Virus record (IMG/VR): IMGVR_UViG_3300044802_000020
Length of the DNA: 46,553 bases
Strand: one strand, 5' to 3'
From: a virus
The translations under genes and the position numbers were made by a program. Within the stretch, counting starts at the first letter, position 1. Each line of letters starts with the position of its first letter. The notes under the pieces were generated by a model. The model saw only the letters and a list, made by a program, of their open reading frames with translations. It had not been told where the DNA came from and made no database searches. Below are positions 1 through 8,405 of this stretch, piece by piece.

Positions 1-127
1 CGGCGAAGATGGATCTCTGGGTGCGCCGAGCCCTGCACCGTCAAGGCCGCAACGTCGCCGGCAGCGTTGATTTCCACGCGCCCCGAGCTGGTCTCGTCGA
101 AGGTTACCGCCCAAGCCACATCCGCCG
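1..127. repeat. Terminal direct repeat, left copy, identical to 46427..46553. Probably an assembly overlap of a circular or circularly permuted genome.
   Basis: Bases 1-127 (cggcgaagatggatctctgg...ccacatccgccg) read identically at 46427-46553. Confidence 0.97.
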
Positions 128-575
128 CTGTTTCGATGAACAGTTGCGGCTGCGCTTCACCCGCCACGTGCAGCGTAGCCGCGCCCCCGCGTAGGAAAAT
201 CTGCGCCTGGGAGGAACCTTGTATGACCAGATCCGGAGCGCCGCGCGTGACGGTCACGGTAGGAGCTGCATTCTCGTCGACGATGATGGACGGTACCGCC
301 CCGTCGTCTACGTCGATGTCGACGGACGCACGACACGAACCCGCGAGATGCACCGTCGGCGCGCCCGGCCCAAGAATCTTGACCACCGTCGCGGCGTCGC
401 CGTCGATGGTCAGGTTCGGCGAGCCGCGCACCACGAACGTCTGCGCCCCGCCCGTGCAGTGAAGGTCGCACGTGAGCGGGATCGTCAAGCTTATCGGGCC
501 TGAAATCTCTGGCGTTACGCCGTCGCTGATGGCTTCCAGCACCGCCGAGGTCGAGCTGCAAATACGTCCTGCCAT
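1..575 (-). CDS. Beta-solenoid-like repeat protein, N-terminal part. It belongs to a 302-aa ORF that wraps the contig junction and continues at 46553..46093.
   Basis: Manual translation from the ATG at 575-573 (AAGGGGG Shine-Dalgarno about 7 nt upstream) gives MAGRICSSTSAVLEAISDGVTPEISGPISLTIPL... It stays open to base 1 and is in frame with the tracked ORF 46093..46545 (575-119=456, divisible by 3). Confidence 0.8.
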   Translation of the reverse strand, partial: MAGRICSSTSAVLEAISDGVTPEISGPISLTIPLTCDLHCTGGAQTFVVRGSPNLTIDGDAATVVKILGPGAPTVHLAGSCRASVDIDVDDGAVPSIIVDENAAPTVTVTRGAPDLVIQGSSQAQIFLRGGAATLHVAGEAQPQLFIETAADVAWAVTFDETSSGRVEINAAGDVAALTVQGSAHPEIHLR

Positions 576-586
576 GATGTGCCCCC

Positions 587-2536
587 TTAGTAGGAAATGG
601 CCATCTGCCCAAATAAGTTGAGAATTGCGTTGATTTTCGAGTTGTCGCCCCCTTGAGGTACGAACACCACGCCTATGAACGTGCCGGCCGTCAATGCGAG
701 ACCGATGTTCTTAAGAGAAGTCTGCATCATGTTCCCGGATGTCGTTGTATTGTTGATGCCCGTTTGCGCAGCATTTAGGGGTATATTCAGTGTTTCAAGA
801 AGAGTCGTTGTATTCCAATTGATCTGGTAGATGTCGATTCGGATGTAGGGGTTCGACACGGGACCGCCTTGCGAAATTGCAGCACCCGCCATGCCGATAT
901 AGAAGCTGTTCAAAGTGCCATCTTTCGGCACCAAGTAGGGGCTTATTGTCTTGGCGTTCTGCAATCCGTTAGTAGCCCAGTCGGGAATGCCTGCGACGTT
1001 CGTATCATTCGGCCCGAGACAGAGGCCCACGGGATTGCCACCTGAAATTTGCTGGGGTAGGTACAGCGGTACGAAGACGTTGACGGGCTCGGCCGGCGTA
1101 GGCGTGGGAATTCCAACCACTGTTGGCGTGGCTGCGACGGACACGCACGCGGTGGTTCCTGTAGCTGTCCCGGTCGACGTTCCCGTGACGGTCCCCGTTC
1201 CAGTCACGGACCACGTATTCGTCACGGTGCCGGTAGCCGTGAGATTCGCGGTGAGCGTCTTGGTGGCGGTCATCGTCCATGTACGCGTACCCACCCCTGT
1301 AGATGTGCGCGTGTAGGTCGCCGTAACCGTCGCTGTGTAGGTCGTCGATTGTGAGGCGGTCGCCGTGCTCGACGCAGTGACGGTGCCGGTCTTCGTGAAC
1401 GTGGCCGAGCCGAACTCGCCGCCCGTCCCCGTGCCGGTCATCGTCCAGGTCTGCGTAGTCGTGAAAGACACCGTCGCGGTTTGCGTCGCGGACGTGGTCG
1501 CCGTGACCGTGGCCGAAGCACTGCCTGTGCTTGTTACTGTCGAAGTCATGGTCGCCGTACCTGTGTAGCTCGACGTGGACCCCGCGGCCGAAGCCGTGTT
1601 GGTTGCCGAGCCCGTAACGGTGCCGCTCGCCGTCGCCGTATCCGTGTAGGTGTTGGTGACGGTCGTCTTCATCGCGTTACCCTGCTCGGCGCAGATCTGC
1701 GCGGCCGTCGAGACGTATCCTGGCGCCGAGATGGTGAGCGTATTGCTGACCGTTCCACTCGTCGCTGTGGTCGTGCTGGTTCCCGACGTTACGGCAAGGC
1801 CCGGCGCTACTTGCAAAGTGTCGAGCGAGTGTCGCGCGTCCGAAAGCCTGGAATCCGTCGTGTTCACAGCCCCCGCAACGTCCGTCACCGTGTGCGTATG
1901 CGTGTACGTGTACGTCACCGTGAGCGTGGCCGTGTCCGTACTGGCGACGCTGGTGGCCGTAGCCGTGCCGGTGCTCGTTCCCGTCCCCGTGACTTTCGTC
2001 CAAACGCCGCCGATGGCCGAGAAACTGCCGACCGCCTGCGAAGTTGGGGTGTAGGTCCACGTGTCGGTTGACGCCACGGCGGTGACTGTCGCGGTCCCGG
2101 TCGCCGTCCCGGTGCCTGTGACCTTCGTCAACGTGCCTCCGGTGAGAACCATCGTCCCCGTGGCTGTGTTCGTAGAGACGCTGGTAGGCAACCATCCAAC
2201 GTCGATCTTGCCATTCGTACCAGACGCGGGGCACGAGTTCGCGGCGGGCGTCACCTGGCAAATGTCCGTGCTCGCGAGCGTGGCCGTCTGGCACGAGTTC
2301 ACATTCCAAACCGAGCCCGACGGGAGCGTGACCCGAGCCCCGCGGGCAGCCTCCGAACACACAAGCTGGTCAGTGTCCGCGTCCAGCTCGGCGGCTGTAC
2401 TTGTGCCGTGCGTCCCGTTGGTTCCTTCAACCGTCGTTAGAGCCCGTGCTTGAGGAGGAAGAAGCAGGGTCGCGAACAGCTCAAGTCCGCACAGGAAGGC
2501 GAAGAAGCGCCGTGGGATCAAGGTCTTCATGGTCAT
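587..2536 (-). CDS. Thr-rich repeat protein with a signal-peptide-like N-terminus; putative distal fibre or adhesin.
   Basis: 649-aa ORF. The N-terminus MTMKTLIPRRFFAFLCGLELFATLLLPPQARA has basic, hydrophobic and AXA segments. About 430 aa are T/G/A/S-rich T-x-T arrays, followed by a ~170-aa non-repetitive C-terminal domain. The start overlaps the upstream stop (ATGA). Confidence 0.8.
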   Translation of the reverse strand: MTMKTLIPRRFFAFLCGLELFATLLLPPQARALTTVEGTNGTHGTSTAAELDADTDQLVCSEAARGARVTLPSGSVWNVNSCQTATLASTDICQVTPAANSCPASGTNGKIDVGWLPTSVSTNTATGTMVLTGGTLTKVTGTGTATGTATVTAVASTDTWTYTPTSQAVGSFSAIGGVWTKVTGTGTSTGTATATSVASTDTATLTVTYTYTHTHTVTDVAGAVNTTDSRLSDARHSLDTLQVAPGLAVTSGTSTTTATSGTVSNTLTISAPGYVSTAAQICAEQGNAMKTTVTNTYTDTATASGTVTGSATNTASAAGSTSSYTGTATMTSTVTSTGSASATVTATTSATQTATVSFTTTQTWTMTGTGTGGEFGSATFTKTGTVTASSTATASQSTTYTATVTATYTRTSTGVGTRTWTMTATKTLTANLTATGTVTNTWSVTGTGTVTGTSTGTATGTTACVSVAATPTVVGIPTPTPAEPVNVFVPLYLPQQISGGNPVGLCLGPNDTNVAGIPDWATNGLQNAKTISPYLVPKDGTLNSFYIGMAGAAISQGGPVSNPYIRIDIYQINWNTTTLLETLNIPLNAAQTGINNTTTSGNMMQTSLKNIGLALTAGTFIGVVFVPQGGDNSKINAILNLFGQMAISY

Positions 2537-3381
2537 GGGCTCGGCTTTCCTCCGTCTAGGTACACGCTCACAGTGGGGTCGATGTAGAGATTGAACACCG
2601 CAGGACTTGCTTTGAAGCGGAAATTCTCGCGCGCGTTGGCGTCGGTGCCTGCACTATAGGGCAGGCAAAACGCAAGATTGGCCACGCCCACCGAAGCACC
2701 GTTGATGATGTCGATAGGTGCGGTGTGCGTAGCCCCGAACACGACAAGCCTGTGGTCGTCGCCGCGCGCGAAACTGGTATCTGCGGAGGTGTATTTCTTA
2801 ATGCCGTTGATCGTCCCTCCGCTGATCATCGTCAATTCACTTGTGTGGTACGGCGACAATGTGACAATGCCCGAACCGTCAATCGTGGCTGGTCCAATAC
2901 CCCTATGCTGAATGACAGGCCAGATCTTCGACCACGCCGTGTCGCTAGAACCTGTCTTGATCCAAAGGCCGATGGGATCCCCGTCGTTTTCGTCGAATTG
3001 GACGCAAAAAGACGGGCCGCCATCCTCGTATTTCATAGGCGCGGTCAAGCCGATGATCGAAGGGTCTGCACTGATGAAGAACCACAGCGGGCGGCTGGTG
3101 GCGGTGACAGCCTTCAAGTCGAGTTGTGGGACGGGTACGGGGTCCGTGGTCCATTGAATGCCGATAGTCACCGAACCGTCGGAAGAAACCGGCCCTATGT
3201 GCTTGAGCAACGCTTGCCACGACGCCGTGGTCATGGCGTCGGCAAGCGGAATTACTTTCGAGAGTGGAAGGCACGGCGGATTGGGAGGGGTGAGTCCCGC
3301 CAAGAAAGCAGTCTTAGCCGCTTCCTTGGCGGTGTCCGCCTCGGTAAAAAGTTCTGTCGCCGTGTCCTTCCACGCGGTCAT
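2533..3381 (-). CDS. Hypothetical protein of the tail-fibre cluster.
   Basis: 282-aa ORF with ordinary composition, tightly packed between fibre-cluster genes. It abuts the upstream stop and is ATGA-coupled to the downstream start. Confidence 0.8.
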   Translation of the reverse strand: MTAWKDTATELFTEADTAKEAAKTAFLAGLTPPNPPCLPLSKVIPLADAMTTASWQALLKHIGPVSSDGSVTIGIQWTTDPVPVPQLDLKAVTATSRPLWFFISADPSIIGLTAPMKYEDGGPSFCVQFDENDGDPIGLWIKTGSSDTAWSKIWPVIQHRGIGPATIDGSGIVTLSPYHTSELTMISGGTINGIKKYTSADTSFARGDDHRLVVFGATHTAPIDIINGASVGVANLAFCLPYSAGTDANARENFRFKASPAVFNLYIDPTVSVYLDGGKPSP

Positions 3382-4134
3382 TTACGGCACGTAGTTGTAG
3401 CCTTCGATACGCACCCAGCACGCACCGCCAGTGCTCGACGCTTCCTGAATGTTGAGCGTCCAGTCGGACCCCGCCGTACCGGAGCCCGCATCGTAGAAGA
3501 GCGAATTCGTACCGGCCGGCGTGATGGTTACGTGATACTGCCCCGTAGGGAACATCGCAGCGCCACCTGTGACCGTGATGTTCACCGTGTTGTGGCCAGC
3601 TCCCAACGTCACCTTGAACGCCAGCACCGTGACGCGTTCCGTACTTCCAGACACCCAGCCTCCGACAAAGTACCGAAAGAGGCTCGAAATCACCCCATCG
3701 TAGTTCGCGGAGACTCCAGGAATGGCTGTAAAGCTCATTTTGTTGGACAGCAGCACCGCCATGTCGCTTTCATTGTGGCCGCACTTGAGCCACTTGGTGG
3801 AGTCCGTACCGGGCTCCGTTGTGGTCAAGTTGCCCCCCGACACGTTCTGCCACATGTACGTCGAGTGCTGCGTTCGTGCACTTGGCGGGTACGTCTCGGA
3901 AGCGTGCCATTCGGCAACACCACGCTGGCGCAAGTAACGCGTCACCCGGTGCACGATGTTTTCGATCCAGTTGAATCGTTGGCGAGGGGGCGGCGTAGAC
4001 GTCGCCGGCCAGCCGTGGGCAACGTCGCCACCGCTGGGATCGATGTCCCCCGGATTGCTGCCGCCGTCGCCCACAGTACCGCTTTCGCACCACGTAGCCG
4101 TTTCAGGAGTGGGAAGAGTTTCAACCAGGGACAT
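3382..4134 (-). CDS. Tail fibre protein.
   Basis: 250 aa. The segment PPRQRFNWIENIVHRVTRYLRQRGVAEW resembles the conserved N-terminal motif of myovirus tail fibres. The gene sits directly downstream of the baseplate genes. Confidence 0.75.
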   Translation of the reverse strand: MSLVETLPTPETATWCESGTVGDGGSNPGDIDPSGGDVAHGWPATSTPPPRQRFNWIENIVHRVTRYLRQRGVAEWHASETYPPSARTQHSTYMWQNVSGGNLTTTEPGTDSTKWLKCGHNESDMAVLLSNKMSFTAIPGVSANYDGVISSLFRYFVGGWVSGSTERVTVLAFKVTLGAGHNTVNITVTGGAAMFPTGQYHVTITPAGTNSLFYDAGSGTAGSDWTLNIQEASSTGGACWVRIEGYNYVP

Positions 4135-4891
4135 TGCGATTCATCCTTTCCGCGAAAACCCCGCCGCGCGACGGGAACGCTCGATCTCCATAGGGCGCAC
4201 CGTGCGCCGTATCCGCGTCTGCAAAATTGAACACGGGCAGGGCATCGTCCCACACCGTAAACCCGACACTGACACCCATCGGGATAGGTAGCAGGTCGGC
4301 AAAGGCTAGCGCCACCTGGCGCAGCATCGGGATCGTACCAATGCCGATCTCGATTACCATTCCGCCTTCGCGAATCCAAATGGGGTAGCTGCCTGTGTGA
4401 TCGTAGAAGATCAAGAACAGCACGTCGTAAATCTTCTCAACCCAAGCCTTTTCCCCGGTGAGTTTCGTTGTGTTCTTGATCATCTTCGCTTTGAGTGCGA
4501 AGCGATACACACCATCGCCCATCAAGGCAGGATCTTCGAGGGAGTCGCCACGATTGTAGAACACGCCGCCTGCTACGCTGTTAGCGCGGTCCCCGTACGG
4601 CTTCGCATGAAGGAAGGTGATACCGCCCTCCTCGCGGAACCCGAAGAATTCTTTCGGCGCCGCACCTAGGATCTTGCGACGGAGCACTACGATTTCGCCG
4701 ATGACGTCTAGGTTCACCCCTCCGATGTTGTCCACATCCATCAACGAATCGAGGGTGCGTATTCCGTCTTTCACTTCGGCGAACTCAGAAGCGAGCGCTT
4801 CGATATACGCACAGAAGCGATCCGAGCTGCGCAAACTTCCTGCTATGCGCGCGAGTGCGCGAGCTTCAATATCAACGTCGTCGGCACTCAT
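4121..4891 (-). CDS. Baseplate / fibre-attachment protein, in the position of P2 gpI or Mu gp48.
   Basis: 256 aa from the internal ATG (MSADDVDIEARALARIAG...), which forms an ATGA overlap with the stop of the J-like gene. The 73 tracked upstream codons are Arg-rich and lie inside that gene. Confidence 0.7.
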   Translation of the reverse strand: MSADDVDIEARALARIAGSLRSSDRFCAYIEALASEFAEVKDGIRTLDSLMDVDNIGGVNLDVIGEIVVLRRKILGAAPKEFFGFREEGGITFLHAKPYGDRANSVAGGVFYNRGDSLEDPALMGDGVYRFALKAKMIKNTTKLTGEKAWVEKIYDVLFLIFYDHTGSYPIWIREGGMVIEIGIGTIPMLRQVALAFADLLPIPMGVSVGFTVWDDALPVFNFADADTAHGAPYGDRAFPSRGGVFAERMNRNVPG

Positions 4892-6111
4892 ACAGCCACT
4901 ATCGTGATGTTTCCCACGGACAGCGAGGGGTATTGATTGTACGGTGTCGAGAGATCTTGTACCGCAAGCGCGCCACCGTGGGCGGCAAGGCGTACCTGCT
5001 CGACCTTGATCGCGTGCGCTTGCGTGGTGCCCGAGACGGCCGTCAAAATGACGGGCACGAACTCCCCCCAAGGAACGTCGTCGCCTGGCATGAACGTCGT
5101 ATTTGCCCAAGCGGCGACCGCCTGCTTCAACGTCGGACCATCGGTCGACTCGACGAACCCCTGTGCAGGCACCGCTTTGTACCTGATTTCCAGATCGTAC
5201 AAGTACGGATCGGCCACGTCATAGGCAATGTCGTGCCACTGGCCTTGCGAATCCGCCACCTGCACATGAGTGCTTCCGACGTTGTCGCACGCGGGGTTCT
5301 TGTACAGCCAAATGGTCTGTGCGATTTTGTCCACGCCGCCGATTGTAACTGCGTTGCGCACCACAACCCGGCAAGAATGGGCCGGCAACGCCAAATCCCC
5401 CGGTTTGATGTCGACGGCGATAGCCTTCGGATTGACGAAAACGCTCACGTCTCCGATGCCGTCGAGGTCGGCCAGCGCCGCATACAAGCTGTCCAGCATA
5501 CCTTGCCCTGGCTTGGCTACCGAGCGCATGCGCCGCTGGCGGAACTTCTGCGGTGTCTCGGCCACAGTCCCCGTCGTGCTGTCGGTGTAGAAGGCCACGT
5601 CGAGCCAGCCGTACACATCCACCACTTTCTTGGCGGTATTCGTCTGCTTCGTCTGCACCGTGCCGTACGTCGTGGCCGTGCACGACACAAGGTAGTCGTG
5701 GGCGTCGCCTACCGACGGACCAACCGCAACCCCTGTCTCGTAAACCACACCACCTTCTTCGTCGAGAATTTGCGTCCCCGCGGGTAGCGTTTCGCCCGTC
5801 TTCACGTGGACTAGGCACGTAGTTGTCGCCTTCTGGCCCAGCTTGACCGAGATGCCCGACAACGGACCGAGGCGCCACAGGGCTTCGCCGGTCGCATTGT
5901 TGGGGTCGACCACTGCGTAGACATTCTCGGCCACTTGGTAGAGGGTGTCTTCAATCTCGGCGACGATGCCCGCAATCTGGCCATCGGGAGTAGTCCCATC
6001 GAGCACGGCATCCGCCCCGAGAACCTCGGGCGCCTTGAGCTTGGCGACGAGATTGGACAGCAGAATATCGAGGCGCTCGCGCGCAAACCCAGTGTCTGTT
6101 ACTCCGCTCAT
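4888..6111 (-). CDS. Baseplate J-like protein (P2 gpJ / Mu gp47 type).
   Basis: 407 aa. Its size, its position between the W-like and I-like genes, and its overall sequence character fit baseplate wedge J proteins. Confidence 0.75.
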   Translation of the reverse strand: MSGVTDTGFARERLDILLSNLVAKLKAPEVLGADAVLDGTTPDGQIAGIVAEIEDTLYQVAENVYAVVDPNNATGEALWRLGPLSGISVKLGQKATTTCLVHVKTGETLPAGTQILDEEGGVVYETGVAVGPSVGDAHDYLVSCTATTYGTVQTKQTNTAKKVVDVYGWLDVAFYTDSTTGTVAETPQKFRQRRMRSVAKPGQGMLDSLYAALADLDGIGDVSVFVNPKAIAVDIKPGDLALPAHSCRVVVRNAVTIGGVDKIAQTIWLYKNPACDNVGSTHVQVADSQGQWHDIAYDVADPYLYDLEIRYKAVPAQGFVESTDGPTLKQAVAAWANTTFMPGDDVPWGEFVPVILTAVSGTTQAHAIKVEQVRLAAHGGALAVQDLSTPYNQYPSLSVGNITIVAV

Positions 6112-6491
6112 ATACTGGCCCTCACTTGTACTTTGCGAGGAACCCCGTAAATCGTCAGGATTTCGATAGCTACGCGGGCTTCTCGCGTCGAGTGGTCAAG
6201 AAAGAACTGCAATTGCTGAATCGCAGACACGCCTACAACCCCCAGCACTACGCGCACCAATTCAGAACGTGAGAAAGCTTCGTCCGCTGGGCGCGTTCCA
6301 AGGATCTGCTTCTGGCCGTCTTCCTGCTTCCACCACGCCACCCCTAGGCTGGTATCAAGGAACCACTCGCCAAGCGTGAGACGCACGGCCAGCGATACCA
6401 GCACCACGACCGCGTCGGCTCCCGTGACAAAGTCCGACACCCCGTGACCGAAGCACGGTTGACCGTCGTTATCGAGTCGTCTTACCAACAT
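6108..6491 (-). CDS. Small baseplate wedge protein (gpW / gp25-like).
   Basis: 127 aa, located between the spike-like V gene and the J-like gene. The central GEWFLDTSLGV segment resembles the GE-x-F/P-x-x-G core of the W/gp25 family. Confidence 0.6.
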   Translation of the reverse strand: MLVRRLDNDGQPCFGHGVSDFVTGADAVVVLVSLAVRLTLGEWFLDTSLGVAWWKQEDGQKQILGTRPADEAFSRSELVRVVLGVVGVSAIQQLQFFLDHSTREARVAIEILTIYGVPRKVQVRASI

Positions 6492-7156
6492 CAGGATTTC
6501 GCCAAAACATTCTGTGAAGTAGCCCCAAGGGCATAGTACGTCATTTTCGAGAACGGGTCGATTCCGCGAGCCATGACGATGCCGTTGATTGGCGGCTGTA
6601 GCTCGGCCCCGGAAGCGGTCGACTGCACGCCTAGCAGCACTTTTCCAGGCGCCTGGACTAGCACGTCGCCGTTAGAATGTAGGGCGATCCGCACTGAGCC
6701 ATCCCGCAAACGTAACTCGGTTCCGCTGCGTATGTCTTGAAGCAGCTTCGGAAGGCTGTTCGGTCCGATCAAGGCGAATCCGTCGGACAGATCGTGGAAC
6801 CGAATCTCGTCGGGGTCTTGCACGTCGCCGTTGTTCCACCAACGGTCGATGCACCGTTCGGAGAAGAGCAGCAGACACTCGTCGCCCGAAGCAATGTCGA
6901 AGGTCAGTGCGCCACCGGGGAAGATGATCGGCACGTCTTCGCATGGAGGCAACGCCACCGACGAACCGTCAATCTTCAAACGCCGGACGGTAGCCTGTAC
7001 CTTCACGGTTTGCTGTAGGATGTTCGTCGACACCACCTGTGCGGGGAGCGCGGTATGTACGTGCATCAACGCGTACTTGATCGCTTCAACCGTGGCGTCG
7101 TGGTCGTCATCCGTCAAGTCTTGCTGCGTACGTTGCAGCTCTGCCGGGGTACTCAT
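6491..7156 (-). CDS. Baseplate assembly / central spike protein (gpV / Mu gp45-like).
   Basis: 221 aa from the ATG at 7156 (MSTPAELQRTQQDL...), with an ATGA overlap on the upstream stop. The PAQVVS...VKVQ...PPCEDVPIIFPGG pattern is typical of V-type OB-fold spikes. Confidence 0.65.
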   Translation of the reverse strand: MSTPAELQRTQQDLTDDDHDATVEAIKYALMHVHTALPAQVVSTNILQQTVKVQATVRRLKIDGSSVALPPCEDVPIIFPGGALTFDIASGDECLLLFSERCIDRWWNNGDVQDPDEIRFHDLSDGFALIGPNSLPKLLQDIRSGTELRLRDGSVRIALHSNGDVLVQAPGKVLLGVQSTASGAELQPPINGIVMARGIDPFSKMTYYALGATSQNVLAKS

Positions 7157-8091
7157 ATCCGCACCACAGCTTTCTTGGTTGACGTGCTGGGAATAGCATC
7201 GCCCAACGCCACACATTCCACGATGGTCTTTCCTTCGCCGCGAGAATCCCCTTCGTGCCGTAGCTTGTAGACCTTGTACACGCCGTTAGGAGAAAGCCGC
7301 GCAAGGTGCTTCGCCTTAGACTTCGGACCGTTGACGACAAACTGCGAAGTCTGCACCTTCACATCGGCGTTGTTCAATTGCAGCTTGCCGTTGATTTGAA
7401 TGTAGGGGTTGAGCAAGCACATAACCCGAATACCCTTGTCGGACAACTCAGGCGCGGCCAGAAGCCCGGTCTGGTCGTTGACGACAACCGCTTCCGTGTC
7501 TAGCACGCCGGTACTCTCGACGATCTGCAAAGCCCCATCTTGAATCGACCAATGCGCATCGAGGGAAGCCGCCGCACTATGAAGCACCTCGCGCGCTGGG
7601 CTCGAAATGACCTTGGCGCGTACGCGTTTCTTTCCCCTTGAAGCAATCTGCCCTGGCTTTGTGTTGGGCATGGCGCGCAGAGCGGCCTTCACCTCGTCCA
7701 CATCGGACGTGCCCGCGGGTAGCACCGTTTGCACAATGCTGTAGCGGTAGTCGTGGTCCCCGTCTGCGGCTTGAATGTCGATCTTACGGTCGCCACGATC
7801 CCAATAGGAAACCGCGTGTTTGATGTTGCCCAAGAAGATGACGTGCGCGTCCCCCTCGTAACCGGTACTCAAAACCACATCGTCGAATTCGTCGAGGAAC
7901 TTTCGCTCGATGGCCGGGTCCAGGTTGTACACGGTGATGTCGGCCGTGTTCGGGGTGTGTCGAATAGTCTTTTCGACGATAAACTCAATCCGCAGGCCGT
8001 CTTGATGGTTCGCCTTGACGTGGACACCGTCGCCGCCCTTGCCGACGATCAATTCACAGACGCGCAGCCATTGAAGCGTCGCAATTGTCAC
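7153..8091 (-). CDS. Baseplate hub / tail protein (P2 gpD, Mu gp44, XkdQ-like position).
   Basis: 312-aa ORF two genes downstream of the tape measure and upstream of the spike, with well-behaved composition. Confidence 0.55.
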   Translation of the reverse strand: MTIATLQWLRVCELIVGKGGDGVHVKANHQDGLRIEFIVEKTIRHTPNTADITVYNLDPAIERKFLDEFDDVVLSTGYEGDAHVIFLGNIKHAVSYWDRGDRKIDIQAADGDHDYRYSIVQTVLPAGTSDVDEVKAALRAMPNTKPGQIASRGKKRVRAKVISSPAREVLHSAAASLDAHWSIQDGALQIVESTGVLDTEAVVVNDQTGLLAAPELSDKGIRVMCLLNPYIQINGKLQLNNADVKVQTSQFVVNGPKSKAKHLARLSPNGVYKVYKLRHEGDSRGEGKTIVECVALGDAIPSTSTKKAVVRI

Positions 8092-8405
8092 GTCTCCCCC
8101 GGTGCGAAGTAGTAGAGCTTCACGCGCCCGCCGAGGTCGCCATCGTCGGACGTGGCATCAATGCCCTGTTCGCTTTCATCGATCATGAAGAAGTTCCCGA
8201 TCTGGACGCCGAACCCCGAAAGTAGATCGACGCCCAAGAACAAAGAAACCCCCATAGCCAAATAGACTTGGTCCGCGCGTCGCAGAACATCCATGCTCCA
8301 GCTTTGTCGAGCTTCGTTCCACTTGACGATCAAGTCGTATTCGGTGCCGTCGAGTGTGATTGTGACGACCTGGCACGGGTCCGATGTCAACGGCACAACG
8401 ATCAT
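8088..8405 (-). CDS. Hypothetical small tail/baseplate protein.
   Basis: 105-aa ORF, ATGA-coupled on both sides inside the tail module. Confidence 0.75.
   Translation of the reverse strand: MIVVPLTSDPCQVVTITLDGTEYDLIVKWNEARQSWSMDVLRRADQVYLAMGVSLFLGVDLLSGFGVQIGNFFMIDESEQGIDATSDDGDLGGRVKLYYFAPGET

Noticed and set aside
1-127. The 127-bp terminal identity interpreted as a biological direct terminal repeat or cos region.
   Set aside because: The length equals a common maximum assembler k-mer, and an intact gene reads straight through the junction. An assembly overlap of a circular or permuted genome is more likely. It cannot be fully excluded without read data, so it is kept as a low-interest finding.
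1100-2100. Repetitive-looking DNA under the Thr-rich region, considered as a CRISPR array or a tandem satellite.
   Set aside because: I saw no constant-length exact repeats separated by unique spacers. The periodicity is only the degenerate ACC/ACG/GGC codon bias of a T/G/A-rich protein in an intact 649-codon frame.
587-4134. A diversity-generating retroelement or an invertible (Gin/Cin-type) segment acting on the fibre genes.
   Set aside because: I recognised no reverse transcriptase, template repeat or invertase gene in the genome, and I saw no long inverted repeats flanking the fibre genes.
2725-4230. A 501-aa plus-strand ORF, with similar long ORFs at 15149..16702 (+, 517 aa), 17067..18521 (+, 484 aa), 19888..20907 (+), 27461..28543 (-, 360 aa) and 41239..42000 (-).
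   Set aside because: All lie antisense to, or off-frame within, genes carrying recognisable phage motifs. Their products are extremely Arg/His/Gly/Pro-rich with no domain-like segments. Long spurious open frames of this kind are expected in GC-rich DNA.
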